The notes under the pieces are model-generated. The model did not search any database. It was given only the letters and a program-made list of their open reading frames with translations, and was not told the origin of the DNA. The translations under genes were made by a program, and so were the position numbers. This document shows positions 18,316 through 26,660 of a stretch of DNA of 44,032 bases, piece by piece (the first letter of the stretch is position 1; each line of letters opens with the position of its first letter). Where the stretch lies: the IMG/VR virus record IMGVR_UViG_3300048574_000459, positions 1-44,032 of that record. One strand, 5' to 3'. This DNA is from a virus (taxonomy: Duplodnaviria > Caudoviricetes).

Positions 18316-20256
18316 CTACGCCGCCAGCTGGGGCGCGTAGGGCGAGACGGGAACGGGCGGGACCTCTCCCATCTGAGCTGCAAGGTCCATCGCCATGCTT
18401 GGGTCTACGCCAGGAGGTACTCCTGCCATACCAGGAGGCGGCATCGTGGCCATGGAGGCTTGCTGGTAGGCCTCGAGAATCGCCACCTTGTTCGGGATGG
18501 GCAACGCCTTGATAGCCGCCATCAAGAGTGCACGGCGGGCGATCGGATCGGGCTCCTTGTCGGCCAGGTCCTTCAGGATCTCACCCACCTTCTCGCGGGT
18601 CGTCGGCGTCCACGGATCGAAGTCGATCGCCGTCTCGAAGCGGGCCTGCGTGATGTCGTTCAGCACGCGGGACATGCCCGTGACCGGATCAACCTCGCGC
18701 TGGTTGACTGCGATCAAGCGGTCTTGCCCCAGTTCATCCGTCAGACGAACGACCTTCTCATCGGTCCAGGCCTGTTGGATGAGCTGGAACAACTGCTCGG
18801 CCAGGCGCTTGTAGAAGCCCTTGAGCTTCGATTCGCGGGGCCGCTGGAGTGTCACACCCTGCTCACGCTGGATATCCTTGGCGACACCGCTCTTGGAGGT
18901 CGAGTCGTAACCCATCAGGTCGTCATTCGCGCCAGAAACCGCCTGCATCTCCGCCTTACTGTCCTGCATCAACTGGAACTGGTAGGTGGTCATGGCGTCG
19001 CGCTTGAGATACGACACCTCGGTCGGATTACCAATCCAGACAGCAGCGGGATCCGCAGCGAGGGCCGCTACATCGTCTTGCGTCAGCTTCATCCGTCCCA
19101 GCAGTTCCTGATTCACGACGAGCTGTTGGTTCGAGAGTTCGTGCAGGAACTTTGAGCGCCGATGGTTGATCTCGCGCTGCAAGTCCTTCAGGTACTCCAC
19201 CTCGCTGATCGGGTTGTCGTTGTGGTCCAGTTCGTTCACCAGGAATACGAATGGGAATTGCCCGTGCTTGTACGGGCTCTGCTCGCTCATCAGCAGCAGG
19301 TCCCCGCAGAAGACGTGGTAGTAGATTCGAGGCACGTCTACGTCTCGGTAGATGGCCTTCACCGTGGGCTCAAAGACCGCGCCAGCCTGCGCCGGATCCG
19401 AGGGATCCCACTCGTGGACCCAGCCGTCCCGGTGCTCGATCAGTGTGCCCTTTTCCCAGCGCCGCTCCCACAGCTCATGCAGCGTCACCATGCCTGCGTC
19501 TTGGTCCACGTCGTGGGCCTTGTTCCACTCGGAGAGTGCTTCCCAGTCGCTGGGGCCAGGGATCACGCCGTCGAGGGAATCCGGGTAAGGCTTGCTGTAC
19601 GGCTTCTCCTCGTCCCTGCCGGCCAGTCTGGCAAGGGCATCCTTGAACTTTGGGTAAAGCTCCTGCGCCTCCTCGACGGGGAGCTTGCGCTTCCAGTCCA
19701 CCCAGCGGCAGTCCGTGAGGTCGTCGCGCTTGGAGTGAGGATCGCGCGTCACCTCACGAGGGTCCAGCTCCATCACCTGAACGGGCTCCGAGCGGCGGTC
19801 TCGGTTGCGGACGTAGAAGCCCGTGTAGGCCACACCGTAGGAGTAGACGACCTGGTAGAAGTAGACTTTCAGGCCGATCTCGTTGACCTCGTTCACTCCC
19901 CAGACGTGTTTGAGAGAGGCCGTACCCATGTCGGCCATGTTGTCGTCGTTCTTCCCGACTGGCTTCATCCGGGGGTCGATGGGCTGCGCGGCCTGGAGCC
20001 CGAGCATCATATTGATAGTGATACGGGTCCGGTTGATGGTGACGGCCGCCTGTCCGCGATCCTCAAGAGTCGCTTTGTCACCCTTCTTCCACTGGTCGTT
20101 GTAGTAGATGGCGAGCCCTTCTTGGGAGCGAGGCCGCCACTGCTTCTCCTTCGGCCGGGCTTCAGCGAGGTAGCGCAGGCAGCGCTTGAGAACGCGCTTT
20201 TGCTCCTCTGTCTGCTTGGGGGCGAGCGTGTCGCCGGTTGATTTCTTGTCGGTCAT
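18316..20256 (-). CDS. Portal protein (P22-like)
   Basis: YYNDQW...L..RGQ..VTIN, SPYKHGQFPFV, LKDLQREINHRRSK and SGVA motifs. Confidence 0.9.
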   Translation of the reverse strand: MTDKKSTGDTLAPKQTEEQKRVLKRCLRYLAEARPKEKQWRPRSQEGLAIYYNDQWKKGDKATLEDRGQAAVTINRTRITINMMLGLQAAQPIDPRMKPVGKNDDNMADMGTASLKHVWGVNEVNEIGLKVYFYQVVYSYGVAYTGFYVRNRDRRSEPVQVMELDPREVTRDPHSKRDDLTDCRWVDWKRKLPVEEAQELYPKFKDALARLAGRDEEKPYSKPYPDSLDGVIPGPSDWEALSEWNKAHDVDQDAGMVTLHELWERRWEKGTLIEHRDGWVHEWDPSDPAQAGAVFEPTVKAIYRDVDVPRIYYHVFCGDLLLMSEQSPYKHGQFPFVFLVNELDHNDNPISEVEYLKDLQREINHRRSKFLHELSNQQLVVNQELLGRMKLTQDDVAALAADPAAVWIGNPTEVSYLKRDAMTTYQFQLMQDSKAEMQAVSGANDDLMGYDSTSKSGVAKDIQREQGVTLQRPRESKLKGFYKRLAEQLFQLIQQAWTDEKVVRLTDELGQDRLIAVNQREVDPVTGMSRVLNDITQARFETAIDFDPWTPTTREKVGEILKDLADKEPDPIARRALLMAAIKALPIPNKVAILEAYQQASMATMPPPGMAGVPPGVDPSMAMDLAAQMGEVPPVPVSPYAPQLAA

Positions 20257-20270
20257 CTCGCACTCCATGC

Positions 20271-20300
20271 AAAAAATCCCCCAACCGAAGTCAGGGGCTT
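20271..20300 (-). terminator. UUCG hairpin with U-tract between terL and portal
   Basis: CCCCTGAC-TTCG-GTTGGGGG followed by ATTTTTTGCATG. Confidence 0.65.
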
Positions 20301-20306
20301 GATTGG

Positions 20307-21740
20307 CTACTTACTCATCCAGGACCGCTCCCCAGATTTCTTCTTGAGGCGCTCAAGCCAGAGATCATCCTCGTCCTTCGGCTTGACGGGCGCCCAGGGC
20401 CGCATCTTACAGAATCCGGAGATGCTATCGTAGGCGTGATCTTCACCGTCTGTGTCTACCTGTTCGGGCTGGAGCTTGTCGTACTCCAGGGCCGCTAGCG
20501 TTCGGATGGCGTGCGGGCACTCCTCGGCGATGAAGATCAACCCCGGATATTCGAGGATCCGGTCCTGATCGTCGGCCTCGTAGGCTAGCCGCTGGTGGAG
20601 CGCCATCTTACCGGCGATCCGGGAGCCTGCGCTGGCCGTCCAGTAGTCCCACATCACGCCTCGGTCGGTGAAGTGCGTGACGAGCTTCTTGCCGCCGCCG
20701 CCGTGGTCGCCTCGGACCTCATGGTCGAGGTCAGGACCAGTCCAGCCCACAGCGATCCGCTCCCCGCCCTCGAGCTCGATGGAAGCGATCTTGTCGGCCA
20801 CCTTCTCCGGCTCCAGGCGCGCGCCCTCGTTGGGGATGGCCTCGCCGTTACGATCCTTGGCTACCCCGTACCATTCACGGTAGACGTAGACGCGCCCGTC
20901 GTAGTCCACGGCATACCAGTAGACCGCAAACGGCTTGGCGTAGCCCCAGTCCATCGATCGGTAGCGCCGCCACTCCAGCGGCGGGCGGTCATACCCCGTG
21001 CGCTCCCGAAACTGCGCCCATGTCCAGACGTGGACGCCGGGCTCCAGGCGGAAGACCGTGCCCTCGAAAGCGCTCCAGTCGCCCTCCAGGAAGGCCGCGC
21101 GCTCCTTGTCGCCCATCCCCTCTAGCTGGTAACGGTACTCCGGTGGGAGCTTCGGGTTGTCCTGGAGCTTGGCCGGGATGAAAACCCGCTCCAGGCCGGT
21201 CTTTTCGTCGCGCTGGACGGTCAGGGGCGGCACACCCATGAAGCGAGCCTTGACCCAGGCGTGACCGGCCCCTCCGGGGTTGCTGGTGAGGATTACCGAG
21301 CAGGGAATGCCGTGTGAACTGCGCAGCGAGCCCAGCAGCATGAGGTAGTCCACCTCGGTCGGGATCGTCCGCGTCACCTCGTCGATGACGATCAGGCTGT
21401 ACTCCTGCCCCCAGTACGGATCGTATCCGTCCCTCAGGTGACCAAAGATGATCCGGGCCCCCGAAGGGAAGCGCCAGGTCTTCTCGACCTTGTTGTAGCG
21501 CCCGCCCATGAGTAGACAGAGGGGGCGCATCCGCTCCATGATCTCGGTGAGCTGCGGGTAGCTCTCGCGCAGGATCAGTACTGTGGACCACTGGCCGTAC
21601 TGCGTGATGTGCTTGAGGACTTTCGGCCCGATGGCGTCTGTCTTCCCACCGCCCTTCGCTCCTCCGTACAGGATCTCGCGCACCGGGCAGGCCATGAAAG
21701 CCGTCTGAGGTCCGGGATTTGGGGACCATGCGATTTTCAT
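20307..21740 (-). CDS. terL: Terminase large subunit
   Basis: YGGAKGGGKT Walker A, LIVIDE Walker B, TSNPGG, MDWGY and EDHAYD nuclease motifs. Confidence 0.95.
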   Translation of the reverse strand: MKIAWSPNPGPQTAFMACPVREILYGGAKGGGKTDAIGPKVLKHITQYGQWSTVLILRESYPQLTEIMERMRPLCLLMGGRYNKVEKTWRFPSGARIIFGHLRDGYDPYWGQEYSLIVIDEVTRTIPTEVDYLMLLGSLRSSHGIPCSVILTSNPGGAGHAWVKARFMGVPPLTVQRDEKTGLERVFIPAKLQDNPKLPPEYRYQLEGMGDKERAAFLEGDWSAFEGTVFRLEPGVHVWTWAQFRERTGYDRPPLEWRRYRSMDWGYAKPFAVYWYAVDYDGRVYVYREWYGVAKDRNGEAIPNEGARLEPEKVADKIASIELEGGERIAVGWTGPDLDHEVRGDHGGGGKKLVTHFTDRGVMWDYWTASAGSRIAGKMALHQRLAYEADDQDRILEYPGLIFIAEECPHAIRTLAALEYDKLQPEQVDTDGEDHAYDSISGFCKMRPWAPVKPKDEDDLWLERLKKKSGERSWMSK

Positions 21741-21753
21741 AGGCACCCCATGC

Positions 21754-21781
21754 AAAAAGCCCCTGACTTCGGTTGGGGGCT
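21754..21781 (-). terminator. Hairpin with U-tract upstream of terL (inverted copy of the 20278 hairpin)
   Basis: AGCCCCCAAC-CGAA-GTCAGGGGCT followed by TTTT. Confidence 0.5.
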
Positions 21782-21816
21782 CAAATTGGCAGGTCATCTA
21801 CTACCTAGACAGAATT

Positions 21817-22428
21817 TTAGGGGCCTTCCTGGCCCTCCTGCGAGGCCGGTTTTTGGCGATCCGCTAGGGTCCGCCAGTTCTCCGAGTCGGCGGGCAGGAT
21901 GATCAGGTTAGACGCCTCCTCGTCCTGGGTCGCGGGGTCGGTCTTGACCTTGTTCGGGTCGATGATGCCCGCGGCAAGACGCTGGCCCTCCGTCACGGCC
22001 TTTACTCCGGTCGCCCACTCCTTCAGGGCTCGCGGGTTCCCAACCTTCTCGATGATCTGGGTCAGCACCTCGCCCGTCTCCGGGTGGAGGACGGGCTGGC
22101 CGTCCTCACCCAGCACCGGCACCTCCTCGCGGTGGTCCAGCATCCCCTCGGCCTTGGTGAGGGCCTTATCCCAGACATCGAAGTGCCGGCGGGTGATGCG
22201 TTCGACCTCCGACAGCACCGTATCCGCGATTTTTCGGGGGGTTTCGAGTTGCACAATGGTTGCAATCTCGTTGCGGTCACGCCCCCATTTTTCGCGCGAT
22301 GCCTTGCTTTTCAGCGTTGCAAGGTTGACCTTGTATCGTTGCGCTAGCTCGGGCGCTGGGATGCCTTTGAGGTATTCGGCCTTGATGGCATCCCAGTTCG
22401 GTTTTTTCTTCGCCACAATGCCGATCAC
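21817..22428 (-). CDS. terS: Terminase small subunit
   Basis: NWDAIKAEY...LAQRYKV...TLKSKASREKW HTH typical of terS; directly upstream of terL. Alternative GTG start at 22416. Confidence 0.8.
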   Translation of the reverse strand: MIGIVAKKKPNWDAIKAEYLKGIPAPELAQRYKVNLATLKSKASREKWGRDRNEIATIVQLETPRKIADTVLSEVERITRRHFDVWDKALTKAEGMLDHREEVPVLGEDGQPVLHPETGEVLTQIIEKVGNPRALKEWATGVKAVTEGQRLAAGIIDPNKVKTDPATQDEEASNLIILPADSENWRTLADRQKPASQEGQEGP

Positions 22429-22442
22429 CCCCTCTCGAAACT

Positions 22443-22500
22443 AAACCGAGGCACGGGACTCGAACCCGTCCTCCCCCGCCGCTGGGCATTGCCTCGGTCC
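22443..22500 (-). ncRNA. tRNA-like element (acceptor-like stem plus T-arm, no canonical D/anticodon arms)
   Basis: GGACCGAGGC-N21-ACGGG TTCGAGT CCCGT-GCCTCGGTTT. Confidence 0.55.
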
Positions 22501-22518
22501 CCCGTGCACGTCCACGGG

Positions 22519-22556
22519 AGAAAGCAGAAAGCCCCCACCGGCTTGGCAGGGGCTCT
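22519..22556 (-). terminator. Terminator at the early/late boundary
   Basis: GAGCCCCTGCC-AAGCC-GGTGGGGGCTT followed by TCTGCTTTCT. Confidence 0.6.
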
Positions 22557-22560
22557 TAAG

Positions 22561-22839
22561 TTATCCAGTTCGCTTGATGATGCCCTTCGATGCGAGCTGG
22601 CTGAACTCGCTCACCGAGGGGTTGTGGGCGTCCGGGTCCATCAGGTGCTTGAAGATCAGCTCCTCGTACACGTGGTTGCAGCGCGTACAGCGCCAGACCC
22701 GGATTCTCCTAGAAAAATCCGGCCCCTCGTCGTCGTGCTTGACGGGCCGGTATTCGCGGGTGCCTTTGATGTTACCCCCGCAGGGCTTTCGATTGATTGG
22801 AAGTTCGCAGGTATATCGACCTGCCTTGGTCAACGCCAT
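22561..22839 (-). CDS. Zinc-ribbon protein (NrdR-N/Ogr-like), candidate late-gene regulator
   Basis: C-x8-C...RRIRVWRCTRC; located just upstream of the packaging genes. Confidence 0.55.
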   Translation of the reverse strand: MALTKAGRYTCELPINRKPCGGNIKGTREYRPVKHDDEGPDFSRRIRVWRCTRCNHVYEELIFKHLMDPDAHNPSVSEFSQLASKGIIKRTG

Positions 22840-22891
22840 AGTACCACCTAACCCCCCTTGACATCATGCATGATATTGTGTTCACGTTTTG

Positions 22892-23455
22892 TTATGATGC
22901 AGATTTAACAATGCTTTCCAGGTAATCGAGGCGCTTTCCGTCGCGCCGTATCTCGGTTCCGGCCTCGGCGACTTCCTCCAGGGTGATGGACGCTGGGACG
23001 GCCTTCTGGGCCAGGTGGCCGCCGAGTTCGAAGACATCGTGCCGCTTGTGCCAGGCCAGCCACCGCTCGTAGAACCAGTCGAAGGGCACGATGAAGTAGC
23101 GGCCCTCGTCGCTGAACTCGACCAGGAGGAAGGCGATCGCCCCGCCACGGCGCGCGCTACGCCAGAGGCTGTTGACTTGCTCCAGGGTGATGCCGGTGAA
23201 GCTGAAGCGCCGCCCCTTGGTGCTCTTGGCGTCGAAGGCGATCATGCGACCGCCCAGGACGAGCACGGGGCCCTGGAAGTCGACGTCGCCCTTGTAGGCC
23301 CGGCCCTGGACTCGGCCGCCGGCGCCGCGGCACTGGATGGTGATCCGAGCGGTGGTCTTCCGGATGTCGGCCATGCCCACCTTCAGGTAGGCCTTGTTCT
23401 GGCCTTGGATGAGCAGCTCGAATGCGCGGCCGAGCTGCTGAGAGGTTAGTGCCAT
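22892..23455 (-). CDS. RecU-like Holliday junction resolvase
   Basis: GRAFE, VDFQG, IAFDAKST, Q...L and GGAIAFLLVEF motifs. Confidence 0.8.
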   Translation of the reverse strand: MALTSQQLGRAFELLIQGQNKAYLKVGMADIRKTTARITIQCRGAGGRVQGRAYKGDVDFQGPVLVLGGRMIAFDAKSTKGRRFSFTGITLEQVNSLWRSARRGGAIAFLLVEFSDEGRYFIVPFDWFYERWLAWHKRHDVFELGGHLAQKAVPASITLEEVAEAGTEIRRDGKRLDYLESIVKSAS

Positions 23456-23457
23456 CG

Positions 23458-23676
23458 CTAGCCTCCCTTGTTGTTACGGGCTGCCTCGATCTGCTCAGAA
23501 TGCTCCGCGCACTTCACCAAGGCTCGGATAAAGGCATCAACCTGCCCTTTGGCATTATCGAAGCGGAAGGCATATCCGCCGTATTTATCGTCGACGACGA
23601 CTCTCACGAACTGGTTGTCAGTCCAGCAAAAACCAGATCCGATCGACGTCTTGAACGGGAATTTTTTATACATCAT
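23458..23676 (-). CDS. Hypothetical protein
   Basis: MMYKKFPF... with GGAGGG SD. Confidence 0.5.
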   Translation of the reverse strand: MMYKKFPFKTSIGSGFCWTDNQFVRVVVDDKYGGYAFRFDNAKGQVDAFIRALVKCAEHSEQIEAARNNKGG

Positions 23677-23785
23677 CGCCCTCCGTTTTCCGCTCGGTCT
23701 GCCAGGCCCAGGATTTGAAAAGCTCTTCATCCTCCGGGCTTTCAAACTCGATCAGCTTGCCCATGTTCGTTTCCGTTTTGCTCAT
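23666..23785 (-). CDS. 39-aa hypothetical protein; absent from the ORF track
   Basis: AAGGAG SD; MSKTETNMGKLIEFESPEDEELFKSWAWQTERKTEGDDV*. Confidence 0.5.
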   Translation of the reverse strand: MSKTETNMGKLIEFESPEDEELFKSWAWQTERKTEGDDV

Positions 23786-23800
23786 CGTTCTCTCCTTCGT

Positions 23801-24133
23801 TCAGTTCTTCACGTGGTCAATCTGCGCCACCTTCGGCACGAAGTAGCTCGCCCGCTTTCCCGGCACCTTGACGAGGTAGCGCCCGAAGAGACTACGTTTC
23901 GCGAGCCTCTTCGGCGGCCGCTCGCAGTATTCGGCCAGGTCCTCGCCGGGCGGCACGACCGCTTCGACGATCCCGACCTTGGGGCGGCCGCGGTTGACCC
24001 AGCTCACCTCGTCGCCGGGTTGGTGCTGGGCCTCGAAAAGCGAGAGCTGGCCTGGTAATGCCAGCTCTCGCTTTTCGAGGGTTCGATTCCATTCCTCTAC
24101 GGACTGACTAATCGTTCGCTTCGGTTGCTCCAT
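23801..24133 (-). CDS. Hypothetical protein with a QLSLF motif and SH3/KOW-like C-terminus
   Basis: GGAGGAG SD; GQLSLFE; PGDEVSW...GIVEAVV...YLVKV. Confidence 0.55.
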   Translation of the reverse strand: MEQPKRTISQSVEEWNRTLEKRELALPGQLSLFEAQHQPGDEVSWVNRGRPKVGIVEAVVPPGEDLAEYCERPPKRLAKRSLFGRYLVKVPGKRASYFVPKVAQIDHVKN

Positions 24134-24437
24134 CCTCTCCTCCATTTGCATGTCGCCACGCCACCGCCGCGAGCTTGACGCCCAGAGCCGCCAGCATGGC
24201 CTTCTCAAGTTGTTTCTGGTATTCGCGCCGCTCCGCGTCGGTGCCCCGCAGAGACTCGGCGAAGCGCCGGCAGCCCTCGCGGTGCTCCTCGATCAGGGTG
24301 TCGAGGGAGACGCCGGCCAGGCGCCGCACCTCCGCCTCGAACTTCGGGAAGAACTCGGGCGGGTAGGCGATGTCGTTGACGCCTGGGATGATGAGCGGGG
24401 CGTGGCCGTCGAGGAGCTGGCGCAGGTAGTCGCTCAT
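24108..24437 (-). CDS. Hypothetical protein
   Basis: MSDYLRQ start overlaps the upstream TGA; strong SD. Confidence 0.55.
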   Translation of the reverse strand: MSDYLRQLLDGHAPLIIPGVNDIAYPPEFFPKFEAEVRRLAGVSLDTLIEEHREGCRRFAESLRGTDAERREYQKQLEKAMLAALGVKLAAVAWRHANGGEDGATEAND

Positions 24438-25117
24438 GCCCCTCTCCTCTTCGGCGGGTCGGCCAGTTGGCGGTGCTGCACCCGGACCCACTCGATCAGC
24501 TCGCGGGGGACGTTGCCCTCGCTGAAGTACATCCGGAAGATTCGGAAGACCTCCCGCAGGTGCGCCCGGTTCTCGGGGGTGTCCTCGAGGAGCGGGGGAA
24601 GGGCCGGGGTCGCAGGGGGCGCGGGGGTATGCTGCTGTAGCCTGACGACCAGGCCGAGGCCCGAGCGCTCGACTGCAGCCACGCAATCCTCCCCCCAGGC
24701 CACCAGCATGGAGCCGGTGCCAGGGGATCCGCCGGGCTTGCCGTCGGTATCGACGAAGCGGACGCGACCCTCCATGAAGCAGATGGCGTCTGCCTTTGCG
24801 ATGTACTCGTGGAACCAGCGGGTATCCGTCCTGGCGAAGACCAGGGCGATCCCGTTGCGGTGCTTGTGCATCTTGGCGAGCCACTTGGTGGTCTCGGGCC
24901 CATAGGGCGGGTTCAGGAAGACGCGGCCGAACCAGGGTTGCGCAAGGCCGTCCTCCGCCTTCGTGAAGACCAACCAGGCCGGCACCCAGGGGAGAGACGG
25001 TTTTGGGTGGCACGGGTCCAGGTCGTACTCCAGTCCGAGGCGTTCGAAGATCCAGGCCGGGGTGTACCACTCCATCGACTCGTTGCGGGTGCTCTCGTGG
25101 GTGAAGCCTTTAGCCAT
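24434..25117 (-). CDS. Phage DNA N6-adenine methyltransferase (Dam-like)
   Basis: EWYTP, DLDPC, DGLAQPW, VFLNPPYG and ARTDTRWFH motifs. Confidence 0.9.
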   Translation of the reverse strand: MAKGFTHESTRNESMEWYTPAWIFERLGLEYDLDPCHPKPSLPWVPAWLVFTKAEDGLAQPWFGRVFLNPPYGPETTKWLAKMHKHRNGIALVFARTDTRWFHEYIAKADAICFMEGRVRFVDTDGKPGGSPGTGSMLVAWGEDCVAAVERSGLGLVVRLQQHTPAPPATPALPPLLEDTPENRAHLREVFRIFRMYFSEGNVPRELIEWVRVQHRQLADPPKRRGA

Positions 25118-26229
25118 CAGCTCAAGCCCCCTTTTCCATCAACCAGTCGCCAGTAAAGAGTGCTGAACGCGAGCGCTGCAGCCAGAGGGAAAACCCCGTT
25201 ACCGCAGAGTCGCAATCGGTCCACCCGATAGGCCATCCGATGAGCCATTCGACAAACAGCGGGTTCAAGCGTCGGGTCGATTTCAAGGACTCGCCCCCAG
25301 GCGTCATGTTCTCCTGGTCCCGGCGGGAAGAGTGGAAGGCTGCTTGAACTCCCAGATCGGGCGAGTTCCTCCGCATCCCCGACGGCGCCAACGAGTCTCG
25401 TCCGTCCCTGGCCTTTGGCGTCGAATTGGTCGACGCCAAAGGCCAGGTTTTCGCCGCATGTCCGAGGCTCGGATTGCCTCGCGCGAATTTCACCGGCCCC
25501 TTGTCGCCATCCGAGGCGTTCGGCGTCGGCCAGAGGGCTGCCATCGTCCGGAGATCCTGCCCTCCACTCTTCCGATTGGCCCAGGTCCCATTCGTATCCG
25601 AGGTCCGAGGCGTCGGCCAGAGCAGGGCGGCCCCCGTCAGCGTCGGCCGCTCTGCTCCCTTCTCTCCGTGATCTCGCTGGTACTGCCCGCCTTGAGCGTC
25701 CATTGCTCGGGGCGTGGGCCAAGAGGAAGACTCGCTCGCGGCGATGCGGTGCGCCGACCTCTTCCGCTGAAAAACACCCCCATTCCGCATCCCACCCATC
25801 TTCGGCCAGCTCGCCGAGTACCCGCACGATAGGCGCTTCGAGGTCTCGTTTTCGATCGGGAACAAGGATTCCTGGGACATTCTCCAGGAAGAACCACTCG
25901 GGCTCCACCTCCCGAAGAATCCGCCGGGTCGCAGGCCAGAGGTTGCGCGGGTCATCCCCGAGGAGCCTCTTACCTGCAAGACTGTTTCCCTGACATGGGA
26001 TCCCCGCAGAGACGAGATCCACGACTCCACGCCATGGGCGGCCATCAAAGGTGGTAACGTCATCCCAGACAGGCGCACAATCCAGGGTCTGGTCTTCCAT
26101 CCGCGCCAAGAGAGCGGTCGCTGCGTAGCTTTCCCTCTCAACGTAACAAACGGTTCGTAGGTTAGGGGCGGCGAGCTTGACCCCGAGGGTGAGGCCGCCA
26201 GCCCCGGCACATAAAGCCAGCTCATGCAT
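25117..26229 (-). CDS. DNA C5-cytosine methyltransferase, catalytic (alpha) polypeptide
   Basis: LCAGAGG (I), SAGIPCQ (IV), LENVPG (VI), HRRERVF (VIII) and RLRLCGNGV (X). Confidence 0.9.
   Translation of the reverse strand: MHELALCAGAGGLTLGVKLAAPNLRTVCYVERESYAATALLARMEDQTLDCAPVWDDVTTFDGRPWRGVVDLVSAGIPCQGNSLAGKRLLGDDPRNLWPATRRILREVEPEWFFLENVPGILVPDRKRDLEAPIVRVLGELAEDGWDAEWGCFSAEEVGAPHRRERVFLLAHAPSNGRSRRAVPARSRREGSRAADADGGRPALADASDLGYEWDLGQSEEWRAGSPDDGSPLADAERLGWRQGAGEIRARQSEPRTCGENLAFGVDQFDAKGQGRTRLVGAVGDAEELARSGSSSSLPLFPPGPGEHDAWGRVLEIDPTLEPAVCRMAHRMAYRVDRLRLCGNGVFPLAAALAFSTLYWRLVDGKGGLS
25122..26225 (-). CDS. Overlapping-frame protein with WPTP repeats and LNPxFVEWLxGWPxGWT (putative MTase beta/TRD polypeptide)
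   Basis: Open for 367 codons in another frame. ATG is 4 nt after the alpha ATG (ATGCATG) and the stop is 5 nt before the alpha stop. Confidence 0.7.
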   Translation of the reverse strand: MSWLYVPGLAASPSGSSSPPLTYEPFVTLRGKATQRPLSWRGWKTRPWIVRLSGMTLPPLMAAHGVESWISSLRGSHVRETVLQVRGSSGMTRATSGLRPGGFFGRWSPSGSSWRMSQESLFPIENETSKRLSCGYSASWPKMGGMRNGGVFQRKRSAHRIAASESSSWPTPRAMDAQGGQYQRDHGEKGAERPTLTGAALLWPTPRTSDTNGTWANRKSGGQDLRTMAALWPTPNASDGDKGPVKFARGNPSLGHAAKTWPLASTNSTPKARDGRDSLAPSGMRRNSPDLGVQAAFHSSRRDQENMTPGGESLKSTRRLNPLFVEWLIGWPIGWTDCDSAVTGFSLWLQRSRSALFTGDWLMEKGA

Positions 26230-26346
26230 TTATCCCTCCGTGAGCTCAGACGGGAAAGCATCGGCTAGGACGAACCACGCACCGACACTGAGGCCGTCGA
26301 AGAGCGCGCCGCCGAGAAAGAGGCTGGCGCCAAAAATCCAGCTCAT
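26230..26346 (-). CDS. 38-aa hydrophobic peptide; absent from the ORF track
   Basis: ATGA overlap with the upstream stop; MSWIFGASLFLGGALFDGLSVGAWFVLADAFPSELTEG*; ends adjacent to the MTase start. Confidence 0.5.
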   Translation of the reverse strand: MSWIFGASLFLGGALFDGLSVGAWFVLADAFPSELTEG

Positions 26347-26660
26347 GCCGGGCCTCCGTTCAGGACCTCGCAGGCGTAGAACAGGAAGCAGCCTTCGATG
26401 TGCCCTTCATAGGACCCGCAGTGATTGCAGCCGCCTTGCAGGTCCTCGAACTGCTCACGAATCTCCTGGATCGCTCCCTTCAAGCGATCCAGGAGCGCAT
26501 CCTTCTCCTGCGATCCCTTCCGCAAGTTCTCAGCGCAGGTGATGAGCTGACTCCAGTTGATGGTGGGGTCGTCCTTCCCGTAGAGCGCCTGGACGAGCAG
26601 CAGGCGCAGGCCTTCGATGGCCGTGTGCTCTCGGATGGTGTTGAAATTCGGTTGGGTCAT
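26343..26660 (-). CDS. Hypothetical protein with a C-terminal CxxC-H-C zinc motif
   Basis: GGAGG SD; GCNHCGSYEGHIEGC. Confidence 0.6.
   Translation of the reverse strand: MTQPNFNTIREHTAIEGLRLLLVQALYGKDDPTINWSQLITCAENLRKGSQEKDALLDRLKGAIQEIREQFEDLQGGCNHCGSYEGHIEGCFLFYACEVLNGGPA

Noticed and set aside
15763-20241. Long + strand ORFs (e.g. 15763-17334, 17454-18512, 19162-20241)
   Set aside because: Antisense shadows of high-GC structural genes with no recognisable motifs.
22443-22500. Functional tRNA gene
   Set aside because: Too short and lacks proper D and anticodon arms; kept only as a tRNA-like element.
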